64,000 bases of DNA from a bacterium (GTDB taxonomy: Bacteria; Electryoneota; Electryoneia; Electryoneales; Electryoneaceae). Shown piece after piece: positions 47,263 to 57,564 of this stretch. Numbering within the stretch: the first letter of the stretch is position 1; each line of letters opens with the position of its first letter. A model generated the notes under the pieces. The model had not been told where the DNA came from. It worked only from the letters and a program-made list of their open reading frames with translations, and ran no database searches. A program made the position numbers and the translations under genes. Location of the stretch: positions 704,001 through 768,000 of the forward strand of contig CAXXKJ010000002.1 of the NCBI GenBank assembly GCA_963675295.2, written 5' to 3'.

Positions 47263-50200
47263 GTGCGTCAATTCACCAAAGGGTTTGCAGGGATCCTGTT
47301 GCTGACACTGTTGTTCATGGTGTCATCTCCGGCGCTGGCGGCCACGGAGTTTGGTGGCGTCATCGACGAAACGACAACATGGACTCTGCAGGACAACGAC
47401 ACGATCAAGGTCGTGGACGACGTGACTGTCGCGGAAGGTGTGACCCTGACGATTGAGCCTGGAGTTGTGGTTGAGTTCCAGGGTCCATATCAGTTCCGCG
47501 TGGAAGGCGTGTTACGCGCCGTCGGTTCGATACGAGAAGATCGTGCGGAGAATGAGCGTCTGATTCCGTGGAATGAGGAAGACGTGCAGTGGATTACGTT
47601 CACGCACGACACCACGGGCATGGGCGCGATGGCTCCTGAGATTTGGGCCGAGGTCAACAAGGACCGTCTCTGGAAGGGTCTGCGCTTTAGTGAATCAGAG
47701 GGTGGTTCGAAGCTTCAGTATGTGATCGTTGAGTACGGTCATGCGGGTGGCTGGTCGCGCAAGATGCTGGCGACCGATCTCGACCCGATGGAACAGGTTG
47801 AAACCATCGACGCCGGAAATGACGGTACGGTCGACTTGCTGACCGTGGGTGCCTCTGGCGATCTGTACCTCTGGAGCAGCCCGGACGGAATCTGGGAAGC
47901 GGAAGAGATTGCTTCCTTTGCGTCAACGGTTTCGGACGTCGCTGTCATGGACATGGATGGCGACGGAGACCAGGACATTGTCGGGTCGGTTCGTGGTGAC
48001 GGATTGGTTTTCTGGTTGGAACAGGACGGGAATTCGTGGAACGAGCGGACCGTTGATTCCAGCGCGGGAGACGTGATCGGTGTTGCTGTCGGCGACTTTG
48101 ACAATGACGAAGACTACGACATCAGCGCCATTACCGAGGCGGACAGCTCGTTGACCTGGTATGAAAATACCGGCAACGGGTGGAACGCTGAAGTTCTGGC
48201 TCAGCAGCTGTTCCAGCCGGTCCACATCAGCGCTGGTAACATTGACTGGGAGAACGGTGACGATATCGTTCTGGCGATCATCGATCCGGAAGACGTCGAT
48301 AATTTCGAACACAATTTCGTCTACTATAGGTACGACGGTAGTACGTGGGCGGAATTGGAGATCCACAGCGGGGATGATCCGGCAGACCAGATGTACGTCA
48401 TCGACATGAACGGTGATGGGGACGACGACGTTTTCGTTTCCACCGCCGAAGGCGATGAACTGTATTACTGGGTTCGTACGCTGGAGTACGACAACAACAA
48501 CAATCCTATTGAATCATGGGATGACGAGACCATCAAGAGCCGCCTTGCTCGTCTCACGGCAGCCTGGCCGGCCCGGATTCCGGGCGAGGCGATGGCCAGT
48601 GTACTGGCGGTGGAAGGCGACACGCTGAACGTGTGGAGCCGGCCGAGCAACAACTGGGTCAGCCGTCAGGTGACAGGGAACATCCCCGCGGACACCAGGG
48701 CAGTGTTTGCCGATCTGGACGGGGACGCGACTCCGGACATTGTGGGCTACTCCGCTGAAACGGCCGAGCTGGTTCGTTGGATGGATCGCAACCAGTGGCC
48801 GGACAACAACGGTGGTGGTGTGTTGGTCCGTGCGGTATCGGTGACGATGGAGAACATAGTCGTCCGCTATTGCCGCGCCAACAACTTCGGTGGCGGTGTG
48901 TTCCTGTGGTCGTCGGCGTCAACGTTCCGCAACAACGTTGTCGCGCATTGCTACGCGGAGGATTCCGGCGGCGGGATTTATCTCGACCAGTCGGCGAATC
49001 TTGAGTTCCGGAACCTGACCCTTGTGGACAACCAAAGCCGTCTGTACGGTGCCGGCATCTTCTTTGGTGCGAACACAGATCCGTTGATCCGTTCCAGTAT
49101 CTTCGTTGACAACTTCAGAGTTGGCAAGGATGAAGATGATTCGCCGTTCTTCTCGATCACTCCGGTTGATTTCCGTTATGGTATCAGCACGGAGCTTGAC
49201 GAGTTAGATCAGGGCGACCTGATTTACCCGCGCGGAACACAGAACTTTGCCGACCTTACATTCTTTACGGAATCCGACAGTTCACGCGCCGTGGATACCG
49301 GTCCGTCTGATGATGGCCGCTGGGTGAATGAGCCGGTTCCGAACGGTGGTCCGTTGGGCGACCGCATCAACCTCGGTGCCTGGGGCGGGACGCCGTTCGC
49401 GGCGAAGTCGTTGCCGGTGGTTTCATACCCGACGCTTGATGATACGGCGACATTTGCCAGCACGACCGCGTTGGGTGATACATCCCTGGCGACTGTCACG
49501 ATCAAGAACATCGGTGCTGGTCTGCTCACCATCCGGTATGACAGCCTTGCGTTCAAAGAAGACGATGGCCGTCCGCAGGATGAGTGGCTGGAAGCGCGAG
49601 ATGACTGGTCGATTCCGCGCTTTGATTCGTTCACGCTTCGTCCGGACAGTCTCGGTACGTTCGATGTGACGTATCATCCGAACGACACCGAAGGAGTGAT
49701 GAACGAGAATTACCAGGTTCGGGATTACATCTATCTGAATCTGGCAACCCAGGGCGGCAGGCTGACGTACCGGCTGCAGAGCTTTGTCGTCAATCCCGCC
49801 CAGGTGTTGACTGTTGATACGCTTGATTTCGGCAATGTGTACTTCACGTCGCCGGAAACGTTGTACGTGGATGTCGCCAATGAAGGTACGACGCCGATCA
49901 GTGCGTTGAGCTTCAAGTTCCCGAACGACGGATTCGAAGCAGGAGATTACACGACGCCGATCAATCCGGATACGACGGTCTCAGTGCCGATCGTTGCCAA
50001 TCCGGTGTTCAAGGGCAGTTTCGGCGGTACGGCATCGATCAGTTCCGGTAGCCGGACGCATACCTTCCAGGTTGTTGCCAGTGCCCAGGGTCCGGTTGCG
50101 TTCCTTCCGGACTATGTCGGTGGTAACCAGAACGCGGAAGACAACGTGCTGGACTTCGCCTATCTGAATCTGGGCGATACACAGTCTCGAACGATCGAGG

Positions 50201-52695
50201 TGAAGAACGACGGCAACCGGCCGATGTTGATCAGCTATGAAGCGACAGATCCGGACTTCATGTTGCATCCGGATTCGGACGGCCTGCTGATCCAGCCGGA
50301 TGAAACGGCGATCTGCACAGTGCTGTTCAGCCCGGACCTTGACGACGAGGAACGGACGTATCTCGATACGCTGACGTTCATCACGACTGACAACAACAAT
50401 CCTCACCGGACATACGAAACCTTCCTGTTCCAGTTGCAGGCTCGTTCGACATCGGGCGGCCAGTACTTGAGTGGTGACATTCCGAACCTTGCCAACAACA
50501 TCGCATCGGTCTGGGGTCCGGCTGAACTCGGTGGTGATGGCAACACGCGTTTCATCATCGCGGGCACCACTCGCATTCCGGCGGGTGAATCAATCACGAT
50601 TCTTCCGGGCGTCGAAGTGTTCTTCGAAAGTCCAGATGAAGGTGCGACCAATTCGTCGGTGCCGGGAATTCTGCTGGTTGAGGGCAAGCTTGAAGCCCTC
50701 GGCACGGAAGACGCCCCGATTCTGTTCGCTCCGCTGGATGGCCAGGAAGATCAGAACGGCAATCCGCTGCGTCTGCACCACGGTGGTATCCGCTTCCTCG
50801 CGTGTGAGGAAGGAACTCGACTACGCCATGTGGTGATTGACAGCGCGCGTTCGCTGGAATACGAAGAGATCGCGGAAGTGCTTGGTTTGCGCACCTCGGG
50901 CGAAGACGCTTACGAGGAAACGGTTCCCAGCGTGTACGGCCATGGTGGTGGTCTTGCGATTTACAACTCGAATCCGTTGATCGAAGATGTGGTCGTGAAG
51001 AACAGCATGAGCCATCAGGATGGCGGCGGGATCTGGATCTACCAGGCGGCGCCGACGATCGTGCGCACGACGGTAATCGACAACATTGCGCTGGGCGACA
51101 ATGACGATGGCACGTCGCTCGGTCATGGTGGTGGCGTCGTGATCTGGGGCAGCAAGCCGAATTTCTACGGCAACACGATCATGAATAACGAAGCGGTCAA
51201 TGACGGCGGTGGGTTGTACATCCATTCGCTCAGCGGTGGCCGTATTGCGAACAACGTGATCGAGCAGAACCTTGCGGGTGGTGCCGGTGGTGCTGCCGTC
51301 ATCACAGATGAAAGCAGTCCGATGATTCTGCACAACGTGTTCTACAACAACACGGCGACAGAAGGTACGGACGCGATTCACATCAGCGACTTGTCGAAGC
51401 CGGTTTTGCGCAATTCGGTTATCTGGGATGTGCACGGTGAACCGGGTATCACGACAGCCGCGGGTGCGTTGCCAGCCGTCAGTCACAGCTTCATCGAGGG
51501 TGGCTACGACGCGGGCAGCAACATCATGGTTGACGAACCGGAATTCGGGAACGATCCGGAGAAGCCGTACTGGCCGGCGAACGATCAGAGCAACCTGGTC
51601 GACGCGGGTTATCAAGGGTCCGGCTTTGAGGACTACAGCTTCCCGCCGTCCCGGTTGACCACGATTCCGGACGTCGGAATTACCGGTGGTCCATATGCGG
51701 GCTACCTCGGATCGCCGTTACAGCTGTCGGTGTTCCGCAACCCGTCGAACGCGCGTTCGCTGGTGATCGCGGTGAACGGTCTGGACGAGCTGGAATCGGT
51801 TCCGAGCCTGACCATTTCGACGTACAATGACGACGAAACGATTGATCCGCTTCCGGCGATTGATGCGGCCAACCGTGCGTGGGCGACCGCGTACTTGGTT
51901 GACGAATCGACGGTTCTTGGTCTGAAGGCGGCGGCGATGTGGATGGATGGCGATGAGCAGATCGAGGCGTTCATTCGCCGCGACATCAGCGTCAGCATTT
52001 ACACGCAGTCGCAGGGTGCGTCGATTGCGACGTCGGATGGCGCAACGTTCACGGTTCCGCCGAACGCGGCAAGCAAGGAAATGATGTTGCTTGGCCAGAC
52101 GGAGCTGAGTGCTGAGTTGCCGCCGGATGAAGACCTTGTATCGGCTGGTGCGCGATTCAACGTCGACTTGCCGGTGAAGTCGTTGAGCAAGGCCGCTGAA
52201 ATCGTGTTGCCGTACGACGCGACGGTTGTTCCGCGCGGCGGTGAACGTGGCATTTCGGTCTGGCTGTTGGACGAAAACGACAAGTGGTCAATGCTGGAAA
52301 GTTTCGTCGATGTGGAAGCTGGCAAGGTGCACGTATCGTCGCACAAGGGCGGAACGTTCGCGGTGCTGTACGAAGCTTCGTCGATTCGCAGCCAGCTGCT
52401 TCCGCAAAGCACGGCATTGATGCAGAACTACCCGAACCCGTTTAACCCGACGACGACAATTCCGTTTACGGTGAAGAACGCGGGCGAGCTGAAGTTGTCG
52501 GTGTACAATGTGCTTGGCCAGCGTGTCGCGACGGTTGCGAGTGGTTGGTTTGGGCCGGGGACGCACAAGGTTGTCTGGCTTGGCCAGGATGAAGCGGGTC
52601 AGCCGGTGGCAAGTGGTGTTTATTTCTACCGGATGGAACTGAACTCCGGCAGCGGGTCTGTTGTGCAGACGCGTAAGCTGGTGTTGATGCGATAA
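47263..52695 (+). CDS. Giant secreted protein: beta-helix, FG-GAP propeller, Ig-like (choice-of-anchor D-like) domains, T9SS/FlgD-like CTD
   Basis: GGGV/GGGI beta-helix repeats; DMDGDGDQD repeats; LDFGNV..NEG; QNYPNPFNP..SGVYFY..RKLVLMR. Confidence 0.85.
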   Translation: MRQFTKGFAGILLLTLLFMVSSPALAATEFGGVIDETTTWTLQDNDTIKVVDDVTVAEGVTLTIEPGVVVEFQGPYQFRVEGVLRAVGSIREDRAENERLIPWNEEDVQWITFTHDTTGMGAMAPEIWAEVNKDRLWKGLRFSESEGGSKLQYVIVEYGHAGGWSRKMLATDLDPMEQVETIDAGNDGTVDLLTVGASGDLYLWSSPDGIWEAEEIASFASTVSDVAVMDMDGDGDQDIVGSVRGDGLVFWLEQDGNSWNERTVDSSAGDVIGVAVGDFDNDEDYDISAITEADSSLTWYENTGNGWNAEVLAQQLFQPVHISAGNIDWENGDDIVLAIIDPEDVDNFEHNFVYYRYDGSTWAELEIHSGDDPADQMYVIDMNGDGDDDVFVSTAEGDELYYWVRTLEYDNNNNPIESWDDETIKSRLARLTAAWPARIPGEAMASVLAVEGDTLNVWSRPSNNWVSRQVTGNIPADTRAVFADLDGDATPDIVGYSAETAELVRWMDRNQWPDNNGGGVLVRAVSVTMENIVVRYCRANNFGGGVFLWSSASTFRNNVVAHCYAEDSGGGIYLDQSANLEFRNLTLVDNQSRLYGAGIFFGANTDPLIRSSIFVDNFRVGKDEDDSPFFSITPVDFRYGISTELDELDQGDLIYPRGTQNFADLTFFTESDSSRAVDTGPSDDGRWVNEPVPNGGPLGDRINLGAWGGTPFAAKSLPVVSYPTLDDTATFASTTALGDTSLATVTIKNIGAGLLTIRYDSLAFKEDDGRPQDEWLEARDDWSIPRFDSFTLRPDSLGTFDVTYHPNDTEGVMNENYQVRDYIYLNLATQGGRLTYRLQSFVVNPAQVLTVDTLDFGNVYFTSPETLYVDVANEGTTPISALSFKFPNDGFEAGDYTTPINPDTTVSVPIVANPVFKGSFGGTASISSGSRTHTFQVVASAQGPVAFLPDYVGGNQNAEDNVLDFAYLNLGDTQSRTIEVKNDGNRPMLISYEATDPDFMLHPDSDGLLIQPDETAICTVLFSPDLDDEERTYLDTLTFITTDNNNPHRTYETFLFQLQARSTSGGQYLSGDIPNLANNIASVWGPAELGGDGNTRFIIAGTTRIPAGESITILPGVEVFFESPDEGATNSSVPGILLVEGKLEALGTEDAPILFAPLDGQEDQNGNPLRLHHGGIRFLACEEGTRLRHVVIDSARSLEYEEIAEVLGLRTSGEDAYEETVPSVYGHGGGLAIYNSNPLIEDVVVKNSMSHQDGGGIWIYQAAPTIVRTTVIDNIALGDNDDGTSLGHGGGVVIWGSKPNFYGNTIMNNEAVNDGGGLYIHSLSGGRIANNVIEQNLAGGAGGAAVITDESSPMILHNVFYNNTATEGTDAIHISDLSKPVLRNSVIWDVHGEPGITTAAGALPAVSHSFIEGGYDAGSNIMVDEPEFGNDPEKPYWPANDQSNLVDAGYQGSGFEDYSFPPSRLTTIPDVGITGGPYAGYLGSPLQLSVFRNPSNARSLVIAVNGLDELESVPSLTISTYNDDETIDPLPAIDAANRAWATAYLVDESTVLGLKAAAMWMDGDEQIEAFIRRDISVSIYTQSQGASIATSDGATFTVPPNAASKEMMLLGQTELSAELPPDEDLVSAGARFNVDLPVKSLSKAAEIVLPYDATVVPRGGERGISVWLLDENDKWSMLESFVDVEAGKVHVSSHKGGTFAVLYEASSIRSQLLPQSTALMQNYPNPFNPTTTIPFTVKNAGELKLSVYNVLGQRVATVASGWFGPGTHKVVWLGQDEAGQPVASGVYFYRMELNSGSGSVVQTRKLVLMR

Positions 52696-52707
52696 GGGGA
52701 GTTTCAG

Positions 52708-53325
52708 ATGCGAATTCGCTTCCTGACATGGACTCAGGTGTTGCTCATCCTCGGCTTCAGCCTGCTGCTTGTGGCGTGCGGCGACGATGATGATGACACA
52801 CCGGCGGAAGAAACCGATCCGGTTACACTGGTTCGCCAGGGGTGGAGTGCGTTCGAATCGCTCAACTACCTGGAAGCTCTGGACCTGTTTGATCAGGCGC
52901 TAAGCAAGGGCGAACCGTCGTCGGATGCTTACAGTGGTGCGGGGTGGACCTCGTACGAGATGGGTGATCTGGCCGCTGCCCGTGATTACTGGGATCTTGG
53001 GTTGGTGGTTGACAACGAGAGCTTTGACATTCGCGCGGGGATGGGGTTCCTGGAATTTGACCAGGAAAACTACAGCGCGTCCGTGGCAGTGATTTCTGAG
53101 CTGCTCGTTGATAACTCGAACTACCAGTTCGTCCACATGCCCGGTTTGGACTACCGTGATCTGCAGATCACGCGGGCATCGGCGTATTACATGCAGGGGA
53201 TGATGGACGAGGCGCTGCTCGAAGTTCAGGCGTTGAACCCTCTGTTTGATGCGGATGTGCAAACCCCGAATGGCGTTGCCGAGCTGATCGATGAAATCGA
53301 GCGGCTTGCTGACGTGTATCGTTAA
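52708..53325 (+). CDS. TPR-containing lipoprotein
   Basis: Lipobox LVAC; GWSAFE..EAL..AYSGAGW TPR pattern. Confidence 0.8.
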   Translation: MRIRFLTWTQVLLILGFSLLLVACGDDDDDTPAEETDPVTLVRQGWSAFESLNYLEALDLFDQALSKGEPSSDAYSGAGWTSYEMGDLAAARDYWDLGLVVDNESFDIRAGMGFLEFDQENYSASVAVISELLVDNSNYQFVHMPGLDYRDLQITRASAYYMQGMMDEALLEVQALNPLFDADVQTPNGVAELIDEIERLADVYR

Positions 53326-53341
53326 TGGGAGACGTTGACTC

Positions 53342-55381
53342 ATGCGTAGCCGAGTACTCTATCTCCTCACGGCGGTCCTGATATTGCCTGTTGCGCTGTG
53401 GCTCACGGCGTGTACGGACTACGATGGCGATGTCATGGAGAACATGCCGCCGGAAGTTGAGTTCGTCAACGTCCACCAGGACATTGACAACATGCCGGAC
53501 GATGTCGAGGTCGATACCGTCGTCTATGACTATGCTCCGGTGATTTACTGGAAGGGGTCGGACGAGGACGGGTTCATCGAATACTATTCGTACGCGGACA
53601 TTACGGAAGCCGCGGCGATCGAGAATCCGCTCGACTATATCCCGCGTATCCCTCAGGAAGCCTGGGTGGATACGATTGCGACGCAGGCGACGATCACGTT
53701 GCTGAGCGACCCGGACGAGATTACGGAACACGTGTTCTACGTGCGGGCGTTCGACAACGAGGGCGCGGAAAGCCCGGTCAAGTATCGTCGTTTCTACCGG
53801 ACGAACAACGCACCGGTGGTACCTCGAATCGGCCTGACCGGCGATGACGAGGAAAACTTCAACACTCGCTATGTGGTGGAAGACACGCTGTTCAGCGCGC
53901 CGTCAATCACCAATATCTATTCGGGTATTGAGTTCTCCTGGCGTGGTTCGGACCCGGATGACAAGGCGTTGTTCACGATTCCGCTTGAATATCAGGCGAT
54001 TCTGATCAAGGCCCCGGCGGAAACGGTGTTTGTAAATCCGTGGTCGGATGAGGTTGAAATACAGCTGGTCGACCTGGAAACCGGGTATTACGCGTTGAAT
54101 GTGTGGGCGCGGGATGATGGGTTGACGAAATCCGTCGCTCCGGCGCGTGCTGAATTCTACGCGATCCGGCCGACATTTGAAAACAACCTGCTGCTGGTGC
54201 TTGAATCGGCATTTCCGAGTTATTCGGTGCTGACCAACCCGCCGGATCGTGACACCCTGCGTGTGTTCTACGAAGATTTGCTAACCGAAATCGCGCCGCA
54301 AATCTCGAACACGCAGTTGGATCTGAGCAGCGACACCGACGTGCGCATCTATTCAGTGTACGCGCCGTCCCAGGCGGTTCCGCGTTCCTTGATGGCCCAG
54401 TACAAGCTGGTGATCTTCGCGGCGGACCATTACAGCGAGACCACCTGGAATGCGTACACCGAGACCAAGCAGGCGATCTGTGAAGACTACCTGCGTGTCG
54501 GTGGACGTATCTGGCAGATGGGGCGTTGCTTGACGAACACGGGTGCGTTCTACGGCGACTTCAACAACATCGAGATGTACAGCGAATTCTTTGGTGTAGA
54601 TTCGCTGGCCGCTCCGCCTGATCCGTACCAGGTGCCGATTCCACCGGTTCCGGCAATGCGGGCGGAATTCATCGGAACCTTGCCTGGCCTGCCTTCCTTT
54701 ACCGCGCTGGAGTTTGACAGCACAAAGGTGAAGTGGAACGGTTACAACTTGCCTGGCACGATGGATCCGCATTACTACGAGAATTCGTACGGCCTGACCG
54801 GTGTAGATCGCATCCAGCGTAACGATGATGCGACGACGACGCAGCAGTTCGTGTCGGGGACATTCGGCTCGGAAGTGTCGATTGAGAATGAAGACTCGCA
54901 TGTGTTGCCGACGGGTCTGTCCACGTTCGATAACGATTATCCGAACTACCTGATTCCGGCGACTCCGACCAATGCGTTCATCGTGTTGAAGAACGACAAC
55001 GTGTCTGAGATTACACGTATCGTCAACTGGACCTTGTTCAACCAGGGCAAGGAAAACTACGAGGCGCAGCCGGTTGTTACCGCGAATAACCTGGCGTATA
55101 TCAGTTATACGGAAGGTGAACCGTGGAGCAACTCGGACAGCCTGCAGGTGGATTACACCTACAGTCCGATTTCTGTGATGCACCTGAAGCCGGTTGAAAT
55201 CCGTGTCGAAGGGTACCAGGGCGGCAACCAGATCAACCCGAATTCGCAGCTACGGTTCCGTACCGCGTTGACGACGTTCTCGTACTTCTTCGTCGATCAC
55301 CAGGGCACGGTTGAAAACTGGATCCAGATGCTGGATTGGCTCTACAACCCGAACCTGAACAACGCGGAATTCGATTTCTAA
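53342..55381 (+). CDS. Hypothetical lipoprotein with Ig-like (two-component-regulator Y_Y_Y-like) domains
   Basis: Lipobox LTAC; WKGSDEDG..HVFYVRAFDNEG; WRGSDPD..VWARD. Confidence 0.72.
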   Translation: MRSRVLYLLTAVLILPVALWLTACTDYDGDVMENMPPEVEFVNVHQDIDNMPDDVEVDTVVYDYAPVIYWKGSDEDGFIEYYSYADITEAAAIENPLDYIPRIPQEAWVDTIATQATITLLSDPDEITEHVFYVRAFDNEGAESPVKYRRFYRTNNAPVVPRIGLTGDDEENFNTRYVVEDTLFSAPSITNIYSGIEFSWRGSDPDDKALFTIPLEYQAILIKAPAETVFVNPWSDEVEIQLVDLETGYYALNVWARDDGLTKSVAPARAEFYAIRPTFENNLLLVLESAFPSYSVLTNPPDRDTLRVFYEDLLTEIAPQISNTQLDLSSDTDVRIYSVYAPSQAVPRSLMAQYKLVIFAADHYSETTWNAYTETKQAICEDYLRVGGRIWQMGRCLTNTGAFYGDFNNIEMYSEFFGVDSLAAPPDPYQVPIPPVPAMRAEFIGTLPGLPSFTALEFDSTKVKWNGYNLPGTMDPHYYENSYGLTGVDRIQRNDDATTTQQFVSGTFGSEVSIENEDSHVLPTGLSTFDNDYPNYLIPATPTNAFIVLKNDNVSEITRIVNWTLFNQGKENYEAQPVVTANNLAYISYTEGEPWSNSDSLQVDYTYSPISVMHLKPVEIRVEGYQGGNQINPNSQLRFRTALTTFSYFFVDHQGTVENWIQMLDWLYNPNLNNAEFDF

Positions 55382-55417
55382 ACGGATTCGCGTGACCCGT
55401 ATTCGTGTACCACACTC

Positions 55418-55449
55418 AACCCCGGCCGGATTATCTGGCCGGGGTTTTT
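55418..55449. terminator. Intrinsic terminator ending the 18-kb operon
   Basis: AACCCCGGCCGGA-TTA-TCTGGCCGGGGTTTTT. Confidence 0.75.
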
Positions 55450-55465
55450 CATGGGGTGCGTCAGA

Positions 55466-57403
55466 TCATGGATCAAGCTGTTCCAGCGCGGCACGAGCTG
55501 GATTGAAGTCCGGATGATCTTGCAGGATGGCGCGCAGGCTGTCGGCAGCGGCGTCAAGTTGACCGCTGGCGGCGAGCAGCAGGGCGTGATTGTAGCGGTA
55601 ACGTGGTTGGTCTGGACGGATAGACAGGGTTTCGCGGCTGAGGCGAATCGCGGTGTCCAGGTCGCCGGATTCCGCCGCCTCGCTGGATTGCAGGGTCAGC
55701 AGACGCAGCAGGTTGGCGTGCGCGTCCGGGTTGGACGGGTCAACGTACAGCGCCTGCCGGTAAGCAAACAGAGCCGAGTCCAGTTCGCCGGTATGTTCGA
55801 ACGTGACGCCGAGGTTGTTCCACGCCAGCGCATTCCCGGGCCGGATCTCGAGCTCCCGTTGAAACTCACGCCGGGCTTTCTCTGGGTTTTCCTGCCGCAG
55901 GTAGATGACACCGAGGTTGAGGTGGCCGTGCCGGGCGTCGGGATAGTCGCGCAGCAGCTGCTGGAACGCGTCCGCGGCGTCGTCGTACCGCTCCAGCCGG
56001 AGCAGGGCGTTCGCTCGGTGCAACTGCCAGTTGTTGTCCGCATTGATCGCCGGGATCGGTCGTGGCAGCAGAACCAGGAGCGCCAGCGCTGAGATCGCGA
56101 GGATGCGATTCCGCCAGACGGAACGGTTAACGGGCACATGCTGGCTGTCCGGCAGCAGCCGGTTGACACCGAACGCGAACAACAGAACCAGCGCGGGGGT
56201 GAGCGGGAACCGGTAGCGTGCGTTAACGAAGAACGCGATGACCACCAGCCCGTGAACCAGCGCCAGCAGTAGCGCAGGGCGGAATCGTGACAACTCACGC
56301 CATGCCGGCAGCAGAAACGCCAGTCCGAGAATCGCAACGAGTGGGAAGCCGGCGGTGAGCAGGATGGCATGGACCGGGCTGGTGTGCCACAGGTACGGCC
56401 ACAGCGGCCGGTTGTTGCCCAGTTCACGCCAGTTGAGCAGCGCGAGCGCCTTACGTGCGGTCAGCAGCACTACATCGCCGGGATGATTCGTCCAGTAGCG
56501 AAGCGCGGCACGTGTGTAGTGTGATGAAACTTCGGCTGCGGTCAGGTCGCGCCCGGCTTCGTGTTCCGCACGCTGTTCGATCTGCGCTCGGGTCCAGTCC
56601 GGCCCGTACTCCGGATCGACCGCGTACGCGCCGCTCGCGCCAGCACGATTGCCGAGGAACAGGTTGATCCCGCCCTGCCTGCTGACAGTCCAGCCTGCAC
56701 CGTGTTGAGCATTGTGGCGCAGGACGGGGAACAGCAGGACCAGCACAAGCAGTGTCGCGGCAGCCAGAATCAGTGCACGGTTGGGTGTGGGGATACGGCG
56801 TACTCGTCCGCTCCACCACAGAGTGAGCAGGATGACGGGCGTGTACGCGAGCGCGTTTGCGCGGAGTAGCGTCAACGCAGCGAACAGGATCGCCAGCAGG
56901 AATGTGTTCAACATCCAACGGCGTTTCAACGAATTGTCGAGCAGGATCAGCGTGCCAACGATACCGGAGGTGAACAGGCTGGCGATCAACCCTTCGCCGT
57001 CAAAGTAGATCGAGGTACCGTACAACGCCCAAGCCAGCCCGGCGATCCAGCCGGTACGGTTGCCCATCCACCGCCGCGCGAGGATCGCCATTCCGCCTGT
57101 GGCAAGGGAGCTGACCAGCACCTGAACAATCCGGATTGGCCAGAAGGTGTCTCCGAAGATCGCGCCCAGGCCAGCGATCAACCACGGGTACAGCGGCGCG
57201 CGGAAGTAGGGGCCGGCCGGGGGATGCCCGGCGAGGATCGCGTCGGCCCAGTTGCGGTAGATCTCAGCGTCCATGCCCGGGCTGAGGAAGGTGGGTTCCC
57301 CTGCGGTGATGATCAGGTAGACTGTGCGAACCGCGAGCGCGAGCAAGGCGCACACCCAGGGTGCGTGCCAACGGTTGCTGCTGCCTGGTTTCGCTTCGCC
57401 CAC
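55466..57403 (-). CDS. GT-C fold (PMT/GT39-like) membrane glycosyltransferase with C-terminal TPRs
   Basis: D..IY..WA..FRAPLYP; GGINLFLGN; RYRFP; multiple TM helices; NLG/NNLG TPRs. Confidence 0.82.
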   Translation of the reverse strand: MGEAKPGSSNRWHAPWVCALLALAVRTVYLIITAGEPTFLSPGMDAEIYRNWADAILAGHPPAGPYFRAPLYPWLIAGLGAIFGDTFWPIRIVQVLVSSLATGGMAILARRWMGNRTGWIAGLAWALYGTSIYFDGEGLIASLFTSGIVGTLILLDNSLKRRWMLNTFLLAILFAALTLLRANALAYTPVILLTLWWSGRVRRIPTPNRALILAAATLLVLVLLFPVLRHNAQHGAGWTVSRQGGINLFLGNRAGASGAYAVDPEYGPDWTRAQIEQRAEHEAGRDLTAAEVSSHYTRAALRYWTNHPGDVVLLTARKALALLNWRELGNNRPLWPYLWHTSPVHAILLTAGFPLVAILGLAFLLPAWRELSRFRPALLLALVHGLVVIAFFVNARYRFPLTPALVLLFAFGVNRLLPDSQHVPVNRSVWRNRILAISALALLVLLPRPIPAINADNNWQLHRANALLRLERYDDAADAFQQLLRDYPDARHGHLNLGVIYLRQENPEKARREFQRELEIRPGNALAWNNLGVTFEHTGELDSALFAYRQALYVDPSNPDAHANLLRLLTLQSSEAAESGDLDTAIRLSRETLSIRPDQPRYRYNHALLLAASGQLDAAADSLRAILQDHPDFNPARAALEQLDP

Positions 57404-57510
57404 TTGGTTCCGCCGCGATGTAAATGTGAATCGGTTAGACTGGAAGATCGTTGTACGGGGGAGTGGAACGCAACGTGCGGGGATCGTCGTAAGGTGCGGG
57501 TACAGGGTGG

Positions 57511-57547
57511 CGGATATTCCCTGCTGGCGGAGCCATCAGGGGCACAT
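57511..57547. repeat. REP-like palindrome
   Basis: Reverse complement matches 19277-19313 at 33 of 37 positions. Confidence 0.75.
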
Positions 57548-57564
57548 TTTCCGCAGTCCGCCAC

